IMG/VR virus record: IMGVR_UViG_3300045988_122050
Span: 74,589-138,588 of that record
Length of the DNA: 64,000 bases
Direction: 5' to 3' (one strand)
Source of the DNA: a virus
This document shows positions 19,236 to 29,399 of the stretch, piece by piece. Each line of letters begins with the position of its first letter. Within the stretch, counting starts at the first letter, position 1. The notes beneath the pieces are model-generated. The model saw nothing but the letters and a program-made list of their open reading frames with translations. It ran no database searches and was not told the DNA's origin. The translations under genes were made by a program, and so were the position numbers.

Positions 19236-19282
19236 ACCTGTATGACGGATGATGATTTGCAAACTGAATAATGGCAATTTTG

Positions 19283-19310
19283 AGAAGCTTAGGGGCTTCT
19301 TTTTGTTTTG
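19283..19310 (+). terminator. rho-independent terminator (AGAAGC..GCTTCT + T5)
   Basis: hairpin followed by TTTTTGTTTTG. Confidence 0.6.
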
Positions 19311-19413
19311 TCTAAATTTAGAGAATAGGAGTGAGAATTATGGAATTAATCGAGGTAGAAATTAGACCAGAAGTACGTGAACAGTGCAATAACTAAGAGA
19401 GGAGATTGGAACA

Positions 19414-19710
19414 ATGAAATTATACGGAACAGTGAATACAGAGGTTGATGTGAGTAAATATAATATATTAATAGCTGCGGCTCAAATACTATACGATGGG
19501 CATCTATATGATAGTTGGGGAATTCATACAGAGTTATTGGAGCCAGATCATAGAGAAAATAACACTGGTAAAAGAGGATTATTTAAGGTTGAAGATATAT
19601 CATATCATGGTTCCCCAGTATGGAAATATACATTGATTACTGATGATGAAAATGCAATAAATGATTTTCTGCTGGCACAGGAAATAGAAAAAGTAATTAA
19701 GAGAGTGTAA
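19414..19710 (+). CDS. hypothetical protein
   Basis: ORF with RBS GAGAGGAGATTGG. Confidence 0.45.
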   Translation: MKLYGTVNTEVDVSKYNILIAAAQILYDGHLYDSWGIHTELLEPDHRENNTGKRGLFKVEDISYHGSPVWKYTLITDDENAINDFLLAQEIEKVIKRV

Positions 19711-19736
19711 GGATAACTAAGAGAGGTGAGATTATC

Positions 19737-20687
19737 ATGGCAGCAACACAGTTTGAAGTTATTGAAACAGTAAATAATAATAACGCAGAAGAATCTGAAA
19801 CAAAGATTAAAAGACGCAAGGACGGAAATCCTAAATGGACTCGATCTAATAAACAAAAAGGCGTATCATCTTTAGTGTATCCGATCAAGGACAGAAAACA
19901 ATTTGCAGCCTTTAATGCATATTTTAGAAACCAGATTGATAAATCGTACACAGAGTACAAACGATATGTAGCTGCCAGAAACAATCTTTTAGTTGCAGTT
20001 GGAAACAATACAGCATATCGTATCTCTGATATCGTCAGACTCAAATGGGGCGATTTATTAGACGATAAGACTCGTAAGCAGGAAAAGAAAACAAAGAAAT
20101 TCAGAACTGTATACTTTAACGATTTGGTAACTGAAGCAGTGGATATTTTCTTTGAAGCTGTTGCAGGAACTAAATATGATGTCAAGATTGATGGCAAAGT
20201 GCCAATGGATGATTATGTTTTCGGAACATGTAAGTCTGGATCAGGACACATGACTGAAGCAAATGCTTTGGATTTTGTTAAAAAAGGTGCTAAGGCAGTT
20301 GGAATTGAGGATAACATTGGTACACATACATTGCGAAAAAACTTTGTATACTGGACACTTGTTGATCATAAGGATGATCAGAATGTATTGTATACACTTA
20401 TGAGATTACTGAATCATAGTAGTCCTGCAATGACGTTTTTATATGCTACAATTACAGAAGAGGAAACACATGTATTGTTCGATGATATTGCTCAGACGTA
20501 TAAGGATATTATCAGCGGAGCATTTAACGGATTAAAGGAAAATGTTATTAATGTGAGTTATGATAGAGTTATGGAGATTATCAAGTGTGCTTATGAGACT
20601 GGCAAGGATGATGCAGATCAAGATGATAGAGTACATGAGGACAATATGCAGGCACTAAAAGAGTTGCTGGAAGGAGTTATTTTATGA
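19737..20687 (+). CDS. site-specific tyrosine recombinase (integrase/Xer-like)
   Basis: RISDIVRLKWGDL (Arg box), GTHTLRKNF (HxxR) and LLNHSSPAMTFLYA (catalytic Tyr region). Confidence 0.75.
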   Translation: MAATQFEVIETVNNNNAEESETKIKRRKDGNPKWTRSNKQKGVSSLVYPIKDRKQFAAFNAYFRNQIDKSYTEYKRYVAARNNLLVAVGNNTAYRISDIVRLKWGDLLDDKTRKQEKKTKKFRTVYFNDLVTEAVDIFFEAVAGTKYDVKIDGKVPMDDYVFGTCKSGSGHMTEANALDFVKKGAKAVGIEDNIGTHTLRKNFVYWTLVDHKDDQNVLYTLMRLLNHSSPAMTFLYATITEEETHVLFDDIAQTYKDIISGAFNGLKENVINVSYDRVMEIIKCAYETGKDDADQDDRVHEDNMQALKELLEGVIL

Positions 20688-21430
20688 TATTTGTAACAGG
20701 AGATACGCATGGTGATTGGATGACTCGATTAAACAGTCGTTCTTTTCCTGAAGGCGTAGGGCTGACTAAGGATGATTATGTAATCATTTGTGGAGATTTT
20801 GGATTGTGGCATGACACAAAAGAAGAACGACATAATCTGAAATGGTTGGACAACAAACCATTTACTACTTTGTTTGTATGTGGGAACCATGAGAATTATG
20901 ATAGGCTGTACGAATATCCTGTAGAGAAATGGTGTGGAGGAAAGATTCATAAGATTTGTAGCTCTGTTTTTCATCTCATGCGAGGACAGGTATTTGATAT
21001 CCAGGGAAAGAGATTCTTCACATTTGGTGGAGCTAGTTCTCACGATGTTCAGGATGGGATTTTAGAGCCAGACGATCCAAGAATTAGTAAGTGGTACAGA
21101 GGTTATGACAAAATGTTTAGGATCAATCATACGTCATGGTGGAAAGAGGAGTTGCCTTCAGAAGAAGAAATGACAGAAGGTATGATGAATCTGAAGCAGA
21201 ATGGATCGCAAGTGGATTATATAATTACACATAGTCCATACACATCTGCATTACGTCAAATGGATCAAGGATCAGGAGTGTATAAAACAGATATATTGAC
21301 GGATTATTTGCAAGAGATTAAAGAATCTGTTAAATATAAAAAGTGGTTCTTTGGACATATGCATGTAAACCAGAACTTTCCAGAAGATAATGCGATTGCA
21401 ATTTATGAGCAGATTATTAGAATTTTGTAA
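20684..21430 (+). CDS. calcineurin-like metallophosphoesterase
   Basis: MIFVTGDTHGD, ICGDFG, VCGNHENYD and GHMH metal-ligand motifs. Confidence 0.7.
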   Translation: MIFVTGDTHGDWMTRLNSRSFPEGVGLTKDDYVIICGDFGLWHDTKEERHNLKWLDNKPFTTLFVCGNHENYDRLYEYPVEKWCGGKIHKICSSVFHLMRGQVFDIQGKRFFTFGGASSHDVQDGILEPDDPRISKWYRGYDKMFRINHTSWWKEELPSEEEMTEGMMNLKQNGSQVDYIITHSPYTSALRQMDQGSGVYKTDILTDYLQEIKESVKYKKWFFGHMHVNQNFPEDNAIAIYEQIIRIL

Positions 21431-21442
21431 GGAGAATTTTGT

Positions 21443-21763
21443 ATGAAGATAAATACGATTAGACAAAATAAGGAAGAAAAGAAAGTAAACCAGAATCTTA
21501 TGTGGATTTCAGCAGAGATTCCACCGCTAAAACCAGATAATGCATCACGTTATATGAGATATAAAACATATCCTGTTATCGTGGATTACCAATATAATGA
21601 TGGATGTGTGGACGAAGTGCTTGATTTCTGTGACTATGATTTTGAAGAAAAGAAATGGAAACTGGATAAGCCGCATAAAGTTAGACAGTATTTCCCACTT
21701 CCAAGTAAGCACAAAGTAAAGTGTTCGAACAAAAAGAGAACATTTGTTCGAAAAATATCTTGA
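21443..21763 (+). CDS. hypothetical protein
   Basis: ORF with RBS AAGGAGAATTTTGT. Confidence 0.45.
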   Translation: MKINTIRQNKEEKKVNQNLMWISAEIPPLKPDNASRYMRYKTYPVIVDYQYNDGCVDEVLDFCDYDFEEKKWKLDKPHKVRQYFPLPSKHKVKCSNKKRTFVRKIS

Positions 21764-21835
21764 TTTTGTTCTATGGTAGCATTATAATAAGAAATGTAGA
21801 GATTCTTTGTTCACAATAAAAACTAACTTCCCTCA

Positions 21836-21873
21836 TTGCACCCGTTGACAAGGTGCAAAAAGTATGTTATATT
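21836..21873 (+). promoter_or_regulatory. promoter (TTGACA-17-TATATT) with -35 embedded in inverted repeat TTGCACC..GGTGCAA
   Basis: TTGCACC 21836-42, TTGACA 21845-50, GGTGCAA 21852-58, TATATT 21868-73; a near-identical copy lies at 61601-61638. Confidence 0.55.
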
Positions 21874-21923
21874 TAATTCATGAAAACAAAAAATGCAACT
21901 GGGGAAAGTTGAGGGACGTAAAA

Positions 21924-22373
21924 ATGAACGGATATACTAACAAAGAAAGAAAAGGAAACGATAACAGAAAAAGAAAAGAATATGTATATGGTAAATATCA
22001 AAATCCTCAAGTTTGGGGAATATATTTTGCAGATTTGCCGAAAATCGAAGGTAGCCATATCTTGCATGGGAAAAGACCAGTTATTGTCTATTCTAATAAT
22101 ATTTGTAACAATACGAGCACAGAGATTAACGTGTATCCAATTACAAAAAAATTAAGGAACTGGATACCGACACATGTGACCATTTATCCAAATAACAGCA
22201 ATGGATTAAAAATGGTATCACAGGTGTATTTAGAGCAAGGAAGAACAATTCCAAAGAATAATCTTTTAGAGTATTGGGGAAGAATATCTGATCTATCTTT
22301 AATGTTAAAAATAGGACATGGCATTTTAATACAAAACGGCATGTTATCGTACATGAATGCAATGGCATCCTAG
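21924..22373 (+). CDS. MazF/PemK-family endoribonuclease toxin-like protein (basic N-terminal extension)
   Basis: GIYFADLPKIEGSHILHGKRPVIVYSNNICNNTSTEINVYPITKK aligns with the MazF core (DLIWVDFDP..GSEQAGHRPAVVLS...VPCTT). Confidence 0.5.
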   Translation: MNGYTNKERKGNDNRKRKEYVYGKYQNPQVWGIYFADLPKIEGSHILHGKRPVIVYSNNICNNTSTEINVYPITKKLRNWIPTHVTIYPNNSNGLKMVSQVYLEQGRTIPKNNLLEYWGRISDLSLMLKIGHGILIQNGMLSYMNAMAS

Positions 22374-22375
22374 AA

Positions 22376-23404
22376 ATGGAGAATATTATGAATAATAAAG
22401 AATTGATACAAAATTATATAGATTCTCACGTATCAGAATCACGTCGCCCAACATGGAATTGGTTATTAGATTCTGATATTGCGGACGACAATGAATCTGG
22501 GTTAACGTATGCACCAGGTACAATCCAAGAGGCTATATTATCAGATACTAGAGGTAAAAAAACCAAAAGTATGAATTCTATTAAAAAAAGATATGACCAG
22601 CTCGTTAAACTATATACTTATGCATATGAACAAAATTACATTAAATATAATCCATTTGTTAATGATAAATTTATAAACTTGCAATTAGCAGTTGATATAT
22701 ATTTTTCAAATAGAGTTAATGTTAATTATGTTACACCAGATAAAATAAATGCGTTTATTTCGAATCTGATGTCGTGCAATGCATCAGCCGATACCAAATT
22801 GAATACTAGATTTCACATTGTGAGTTTATATAATGGGATAAATGGAAAGGAGTTAAGAAATCTAAAATTCTCAGATATTAATCAAAATGATTTAACAATT
22901 TTTGGGAAACCAGTCTCCAAAGATTTTATCGAGACATTGAATGAATATAAATTGAAAATGGGAGATACGAATATATATGATGATTTTGTATTAATACCAC
23001 GAAAAAAATGTAATAATATAGAAGAATATCAAGCAGAGCAAAAGAGGATATATACTAATGTGCAGTCTCAATTAGAATTAACTGGTAACACTTTATCTTA
23101 TGAAAAATTGACAACCATTGATGTTATTAATTCTGGTTTTATACAATATTTAAAATCTAAAATGGATATCAAGGCGATTGCAGATTTGTATTATATTAAA
23201 TCAAAAGAAGGAATCGCACGATCTGTAATCGCACGTCAATTTAGTGAAATTGCAATTAAATTTTATTATAATTATTATATATCATATAGATTAAAAAAGA
23301 AACAATTTAGTGATCGTCAAACTGTAATTGGTAAAACTATTGGTTATTTATATAAAGATGAGGACTATAAGAATTATCGTGTACATCAAATCATGGCAGA
23401 ATAA
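22376..23404 (+). CDS. hypothetical protein (342 aa, very AT-rich codon usage)
   Basis: ORF; weak resemblance to an integrase core-binding domain, not convincing. Confidence 0.45.
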   Translation: MENIMNNKELIQNYIDSHVSESRRPTWNWLLDSDIADDNESGLTYAPGTIQEAILSDTRGKKTKSMNSIKKRYDQLVKLYTYAYEQNYIKYNPFVNDKFINLQLAVDIYFSNRVNVNYVTPDKINAFISNLMSCNASADTKLNTRFHIVSLYNGINGKELRNLKFSDINQNDLTIFGKPVSKDFIETLNEYKLKMGDTNIYDDFVLIPRKKCNNIEEYQAEQKRIYTNVQSQLELTGNTLSYEKLTTIDVINSGFIQYLKSKMDIKAIADLYYIKSKEGIARSVIARQFSEIAIKFYYNYYISYRLKKKQFSDRQTVIGKTIGYLYKDEDYKNYRVHQIMAE

Positions 23405-23418
23405 AGGAAGGTATATGT

Positions 23419-23784
23419 ATGGACAATCAAATATTAGAAATGTTAGCAGCGAATCAATCAAATCAAATGCATATTGATGTACTTGATTTACACTCATCAG
23501 AAATGTCATCGTGGTTTCTGAGTGAATATAAGATTCGAGCAGATGATAGAAAGATGAAAATCTATGGCAAAGATAAAGATCTTTCATATCATTGGATCGA
23601 ATTTATTCAAGATGAGAATTTGTTCTCTCATATTAGGCAGGACGACATATTTGACATAATCAAATGCCTGCAATTTACATACAAAGAGAGATACAATGTT
23701 GGAATAAAAATACAGACAATAAAAAAGAAAGCAGAAGTCTTTGGTAAAACTTCTACTTTCACACAAACTAAAAATTTCAACTAA
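23419..23784 (+). CDS. hypothetical protein
   Basis: ORF with RBS AAAGGAAGGTAT. Confidence 0.45.
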   Translation: MDNQILEMLAANQSNQMHIDVLDLHSSEMSSWFLSEYKIRADDRKMKIYGKDKDLSYHWIEFIQDENLFSHIRQDDIFDIIKCLQFTYKERYNVGIKIQTIKKKAEVFGKTSTFTQTKNFN

Positions 23785-23977
23785 ACAAATCATAGATAAC
23801 AAAAAAAGATTTTTTGAATCTACCGTGTTGGCAGCACGATAGAAAATCGAATTTGATATTTAGAATTGTTTAATCTGAAAGGATAATAATATCCTTAAAA
23901 TCATTATAACAATTCTAAACATGTTCGTCAACATGAAAATTTTTCCAAAAAACTACAATTAAATACAGGAGTGATGT

Positions 23978-24628
23978 ATGAAATACATAATTACGAATGG
24001 AGAATTCTATGTGAAAAGAGATCATGCAAGAAATAAATACGTTCGTGATAATCGTAAGTCTGAAGCTACTCAATTTACCTCTAAGCAAGCAAAGCACATT
24101 TTAGGTTTGAAGCATAAATATACGTGGATGAAAGACGGATTTTATGCCAGAGAAATTGAGCTAGGTAAAGTTGGAAAACCTATGGAATCTAGCGAAATAA
24201 TGCGAAAAGGTAATGGAAATTGCTTTATGGACTGGGAATGTGATAATACATTGATCGACAACATAGAGACTGAGGAAAGAGCTATAGTAGGGCTTTTAGC
24301 ATATGACTCAGATCAATTAGGAGAAAAGAAGTTTGAATTAGAGCAGGCGTTATCATATGCCGACTCTGCCAGAAGCGATATTCTTCATGCGATTGAGTTT
24401 AAAAAGATTGATGCTGCGAAACGTGCCGTGATTGTTGGGTATCTTAAAACCTTGCAAGAATTGCATAGAAAGATCAAGAATTGTATTCGATACATAGAAG
24501 TGATGCAAAATTGCATGGATAATCAGAAAGATATATGTACTTTGAAGAAAGAATTAAAAGATGCAGAGCATAAACCATATGTCGGCAGAACAAAGTATTA
24601 TGAGCTGATCCAAAATATAATCGGGTAG
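23978..24628 (+). CDS. hypothetical protein
   Basis: ORF with RBS CAGGAGTG. Confidence 0.45.
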   Translation: MKYIITNGEFYVKRDHARNKYVRDNRKSEATQFTSKQAKHILGLKHKYTWMKDGFYAREIELGKVGKPMESSEIMRKGNGNCFMDWECDNTLIDNIETEERAIVGLLAYDSDQLGEKKFELEQALSYADSARSDILHAIEFKKIDAAKRAVIVGYLKTLQELHRKIKNCIRYIEVMQNCMDNQKDICTLKKELKDAEHKPYVGRTKYYELIQNIIG

Positions 24629-24711
24629 AGTTTCTTCCTTATTATATATGATGACTCGCACAGGTATTTGTGCAAAATTGAAATGTAAAATTATAACTTA
24701 GGAGGTATTTA

Positions 24712-25536
24712 ATGACAGAAGAAAAGAATGGTGTAAATGAAGCATTGAATACGTTAGTATTTAGCAATGATGAATTTGGGAATATTCGCACAGCGGTTTT
24801 AGACAATGATCCGTGGTTTGTTGGTAAGGATGTGGCTGAATGTTTAGAGTACAAAAATACAAAAGACGCTCTTGCAAGACACGTAGATAATGAAGACAAA
24901 CAGTTAATCCTAAGGTCGCAAATCACGACCTTAGAAAATGTTCCAAATAGAGGGCTTACATTTATTAATGAGTCAGGACTTTATGCATTGATTTTTGGCA
25001 GTAAGTTGGAAAAAGCAAAAGCTTTTAAGCATTGGGTTACATCAGAAGTTCTGCCACAGATTCGCAAGACAGGTGGATATATTCAGATTGAAAAAGATGA
25101 TGATGATTTAACCATCATGGCTAAAGCGCTGAATATTATGCAAAACACTTTGACACAAAAGGATGAGCTATTAGCCCAGAAAGAAGAAGTTATTAGCCAA
25201 CAGAAGCCACTTGTTGATTTTGCTAATACGGTCAGTGCCACATCAACAATGGTTGATATGAAAACAATGGCAAAGCTTCTTGAGAAAGAAAATCAAGATA
25301 TTCATATGGGTAGAAACAAATTGTTTGCGTGGTTAAGAAAAGAAGGATATCTCATGTCAGACAACACACCATATGAAAGATATGTTAAGCAGGGCATTTT
25401 CAAACTAACAGAAAGTGAAGTCGAGACTAAGAATGGAAACAAGTTGATCACTAAGACATATGTGACTGGAAAAGGGCAATTATACTTAGCAAAGAAATTA
25501 GCACAATATTTTGCCTCACAGAGTGCGTCAGCTTAG
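24712..25536 (+). CDS. Bro-N / KilA-C domain phage anti-repressor
   Basis: NDPWFVGKDVAECLEY and FINESGLYALIFGSKLEKAKAFKHWVTSEVLPQIRKTGGY are the classic Bro-N motif; the C-terminal half is KilAC-like. Confidence 0.7.
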   Translation: MTEEKNGVNEALNTLVFSNDEFGNIRTAVLDNDPWFVGKDVAECLEYKNTKDALARHVDNEDKQLILRSQITTLENVPNRGLTFINESGLYALIFGSKLEKAKAFKHWVTSEVLPQIRKTGGYIQIEKDDDDLTIMAKALNIMQNTLTQKDELLAQKEEVISQQKPLVDFANTVSATSTMVDMKTMAKLLEKENQDIHMGRNKLFAWLRKEGYLMSDNTPYERYVKQGIFKLTESEVETKNGNKLITKTYVTGKGQLYLAKKLAQYFASQSASA

Positions 25537-25549
25537 AGAGGAGATAAGA

Positions 25550-26842
25550 ATGGAAGAAAATAAAACGGGCGTTTGGATACAAGACAATATGAGTGGCAAA
25601 ATAATTAAATATAATCCACGAGATGGTATGGCACCATTTAATGTAGGAGATGTTGTTGAAGTAGAGAATGACGATGTATATGCGATGTTTAAAATTGAAA
25701 CAGTAGAATTTAAAGGAAATCTTCCAATAACCGAAACTTATATGATAAGGCTACATGGAAAGGTTTCTAAAACAACACAACCTTGGCAATATGCTACATT
25801 TGATGATGCTGAGCCGATTGAAATGGATGTGTATAGAGATGGTAGAGTAAATATTCTTGTTCCATATTGGTATGAAAAAGTGCGATATAGGCTACAAAGT
25901 ATAAAATCGACTGAAGCAACCATTATAATCAGAAGAATCACAAGAAAAGAAACAATGAATGAAGATATTGAGATTTATACAGATACGATTTCAGCAGACG
26001 AAATAAAGACTGCTGTGCTAAGCACATCACCTCCAGAACCAATTACTGCAATGTCAGAAGCAGAAAAGAATTGGTGGAAAGAATGTTGTGGAGGGTCCGA
26101 AATTGAACGTGGATTAAGGTCACAGATACAAACACTTGATGATTGGAACGGTGAAATGAGTGCGACTTTAACATTTTCACAAGAAAAAATTGATGAAATC
26201 ATGAACAAGCTTGTAGGAATTAAAAAGGAGAAAAAAATGTATACAGAAAATCTAAAAGAAATGATTAAGAAACCGATTTATGTTGACAAAGAAATTACGG
26301 TGAAGGAACCAATGTTAGATAACAACGGCAAACAGATTGAAAAAGATGGTAAACCAGTGTTTAAAATTAAACATTATCATGGAATGGTTAAAGTATTATG
26401 GAATTGCGGAGCAGAAACTGTTGCGTATGTAGAAGGAAATGATGTGTATGACAGAGAAAATGGTTTCAAAACTTGTGTATTAAAATACCTGTTTGGCAAC
26501 GCAGATGCTCATGACGCAGTTGATTTTTGGACAAATAAATATGTGAAATATCCAAGCAGTTGCATTGAAGTGACAGAAAACTTATGTAAATTAGAAAAAA
26601 TTCTTGAGAATGACAAGAAGAGAGAAGAGGAAAGAAAAGGTTTACCTCATGCGAAGTTCTTAAGAAGAATAGGTTTGCTTTCAGGTGGTTGTGTTGCGGG
26701 TAAACTGATTTACAAAAACTGTGATATGAAATATGTTAATGAATTCAAAAAACTTGCCAAGAAATATTTTCCAGAACTTAAGGGTAAAGAAATTTATGTG
26801 AATGGTAACAAGAACGATGAAATTTTTGTAGCAATTAAATAA
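25550..26842 (+). CDS. hypothetical protein (430 aa)
   Basis: ATG 25550 after AGAGAGGAGATAAG. Confidence 0.5.
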   Translation: MEENKTGVWIQDNMSGKIIKYNPRDGMAPFNVGDVVEVENDDVYAMFKIETVEFKGNLPITETYMIRLHGKVSKTTQPWQYATFDDAEPIEMDVYRDGRVNILVPYWYEKVRYRLQSIKSTEATIIIRRITRKETMNEDIEIYTDTISADEIKTAVLSTSPPEPITAMSEAEKNWWKECCGGSEIERGLRSQIQTLDDWNGEMSATLTFSQEKIDEIMNKLVGIKKEKKMYTENLKEMIKKPIYVDKEITVKEPMLDNNGKQIEKDGKPVFKIKHYHGMVKVLWNCGAETVAYVEGNDVYDRENGFKTCVLKYLFGNADAHDAVDFWTNKYVKYPSSCIEVTENLCKLEKILENDKKREEERKGLPHAKFLRRIGLLSGGCVAGKLIYKNCDMKYVNEFKKLAKKYFPELKGKEIYVNGNKNDEIFVAIK

Positions 26843-26864
26843 TACATAAAAAAGGAGATAAATT

Positions 26865-28934
26865 ATGTGCACACCAATGAATGAAAACTGGAGCAATTTT
26901 TTAAACAAATTGTCAGAGCGTTTAAATAAAATGCTCGACTATGTAGAGAAAAACAATTCTACATTGTATGAAACTGATATTGATAAAGATGTGCTGTGGG
27001 AAGTATATCTGAGCAGTTTTCCTGAAGGAACTAATAAGATGTATCGCAAGCGACGAGAATATGACTGTGGTCATTGCCGTAACTTTATTAAAACAATCGG
27101 TGGAGCTGTGGCAATTGTTGACGGCAAGATTCATACAATTTGGGAAATTGATACTGAGGATGCCGTATTTCAGCCAGTAGTTGATGCTTTACGAACATAT
27201 GTAGAATCAAAGCCAATTAAAGATATTTGGAGACATTTTACAAATACAGTTGGTACAAAAACCACAAATGAGTATACAGAGGATAAGCAAATTATCAAAT
27301 GGACTCATATGTATACACCGATTCCAGAAAGATTATTGGAAAGAAAATCCGATATTCCTACAGTAAAAGCAAAAGTTAGAGATCGAAAGAATGTGTTCAA
27401 AAGATCACTTGATGAAATCACAGAAGAAGCTGTTGATACAGTGTTAGAACTGATTGCTTCAAATACTCTTTATAGAGGACAGGAATGGGAAAGAGTATTA
27501 AAAGATTTTAGAAAATATCAGCGAGAATACAACGGTTTGTCTGATGGAGAAAAAGATACATACACATGGACAAAAGCCATGACGATTGGAGATGTAATTG
27601 GTCGTATTAGAAACCATAGTATCGGTACATTACTTGTGAATATCAGCGAAGGTATGGATTTAGATAATGCAGTAAAAGCTTATGAAAATGTTGTAGCTCC
27701 TGCAAATTACAAACGACCAAAGGCAATTTTTACAAAGAAAATGCTTGAGGATGCAAAGAAAACTGTAACCAATTTAGGATATATGGATTCATTACAGCGT
27801 AGGTTTGCAAGACTTGATGATATCACAGTGAATAATATTCTGTTTTGTAATCGTGATGCAGCACCACGTATTCAAGGTGGCTTAGATATTTTTGATGAAA
27901 TGAGTAAGGAAGTCACTGTAAATCCTAAGAAATTCTCTAAAGTAGAAGAGATAAGTGCAGATAAATTTGTATCAGATGTTCTACCAACAGCAAAAGAATT
28001 AGAAGTTTTATTTGAAAATCGACATAAGAAGAACATGGTCTCACTGATCGCACCTGTAAATAAAGATGCTAAAAACATGATGAAGTGGAGTAATCCTTTT
28101 AGTTGGGCATACTCAGGAAATATGACAGACAGTGAAATGAAAGAAAGAGTTAAAAACGCAGGCGGAGCAGTCGATGGAGTCTTAAGATTTTCAATTCAGT
28201 GGAACGCAGGAAAAGATTGGAACAGAGATGACTTTGACGCACATTGTAAAACACCTTGTCAGCATATTTTCTTTAGTCATATGGTTGATTCTAAAACACA
28301 AGGCAGACTTGATGTTGATGTAATTAATCCAAAAAAAGGCAAACCTGCCGTAGAAAATATCACATGGGCGGATAAATCTGAAATGGTTGACGGAGATTAT
28401 GAATTTTTCGTACACAATTATTGCCATAGCAACGGTACATCAGGATTTACAGCAGAGATTGAATTTGATGGTCAGATTTATGAATTTGAATACGATCAGC
28501 CTTTACGACAGGGACAGAACGTACCAGTAGCTACAGTTACATTAAAAGATGGAGTGTTCACAATCAAAGAAAAACTTCCATCAACAACATCTTCAAGAGA
28601 AATCTGGGGAATCAATACAAATCAGTTTGTGCCAGTAACAGTAATGTGTTATTCACCTAACTATTGGGACGAACAGACAGGTATTGGGCATAAACATTAT
28701 CTGTTCATGTTAAACGGATGTGTGAATGAAGATACTCCAAATGGATTCTTCAATGAGTTTTTGAAGCAGGAATTAGTACAGCACAAGAGAGTATTCGAGG
28801 CTTTAGGAAGTAAAATGCATGTCGCAGATGATCCAAACCAGTTATCAGGAATTGGTTTCAGTTCTACAAAACGAGATGATGTGATCGTCAAAGTCAAAGG
28901 TGCAACAGAAAGAGTTCTTAAAATTAAATTTTAA
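26865..28934 (+). CDS. large hypothetical protein (689 aa)
   Basis: ORF with RBS AAAAGGAGATAA; contains YDCGHCRNF; no family recognised. Confidence 0.55.
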   Translation: MCTPMNENWSNFLNKLSERLNKMLDYVEKNNSTLYETDIDKDVLWEVYLSSFPEGTNKMYRKRREYDCGHCRNFIKTIGGAVAIVDGKIHTIWEIDTEDAVFQPVVDALRTYVESKPIKDIWRHFTNTVGTKTTNEYTEDKQIIKWTHMYTPIPERLLERKSDIPTVKAKVRDRKNVFKRSLDEITEEAVDTVLELIASNTLYRGQEWERVLKDFRKYQREYNGLSDGEKDTYTWTKAMTIGDVIGRIRNHSIGTLLVNISEGMDLDNAVKAYENVVAPANYKRPKAIFTKKMLEDAKKTVTNLGYMDSLQRRFARLDDITVNNILFCNRDAAPRIQGGLDIFDEMSKEVTVNPKKFSKVEEISADKFVSDVLPTAKELEVLFENRHKKNMVSLIAPVNKDAKNMMKWSNPFSWAYSGNMTDSEMKERVKNAGGAVDGVLRFSIQWNAGKDWNRDDFDAHCKTPCQHIFFSHMVDSKTQGRLDVDVINPKKGKPAVENITWADKSEMVDGDYEFFVHNYCHSNGTSGFTAEIEFDGQIYEFEYDQPLRQGQNVPVATVTLKDGVFTIKEKLPSTTSSREIWGINTNQFVPVTVMCYSPNYWDEQTGIGHKHYLFMLNGCVNEDTPNGFFNEFLKQELVQHKRVFEALGSKMHVADDPNQLSGIGFSSTKRDDVIVKVKGATERVLKIKF

Positions 28935-28952
28935 TATAAAGGAGATTGAATT

Positions 28953-29342
28953 ATGACAACAGAAAACTTATTTGAAATGGCAACTAGAAACAAAATGAGA
29001 TTCCCATCTACAAAAGGTGAGTTATCCGTAGAAGATTTATGGGATTTATCCGATAAAGATTTAGATGTGGTATACAAAAATCTGAAAGATCAGGAAGTTA
29101 AATCTTCAGAAGAAAGTCTGTTGGATGATGCAAATGTTGATCCAAAATTAACGGCTGCGATTGGTATTGTGAAGTATATCTTTACAACAAAACGTAATGA
29201 GAGACTTGCCGAGAAGGAACGTATTAATAAGAAACTTACACAGAGAAAATATATTGATGCTCTTTCCAAGAAACAGGATGAGGCTATTGAGAAGATGTCA
29301 GAAGCAGAATTACGTGCAATGATTGATTCGTTAGAAGATTAA
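28953..29342 (+). CDS. hypothetical protein
   Basis: ORF with RBS AAAGGAGATTG. Confidence 0.5.
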   Translation: MTTENLFEMATRNKMRFPSTKGELSVEDLWDLSDKDLDVVYKNLKDQEVKSSEESLLDDANVDPKLTAAIGIVKYIFTTKRNERLAEKERINKKLTQRKYIDALSKKQDEAIEKMSEAELRAMIDSLED

Positions 29343-29399
29343 GATGATACACCTTCCCGTCAAATTTGACGGGTTGGTGCTTAAAGAAAGGAGACTGGA

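Noticed and set aside
26865-28934. Assigning the 689-aa protein to a known family (e.g. vWA, RNA ligase, ADP-ribosyltransferase)
   Set aside because: No MIDAS, KxDG, HExxH or other diagnostic motif could be confirmed by eye, so it is left as hypothetical.
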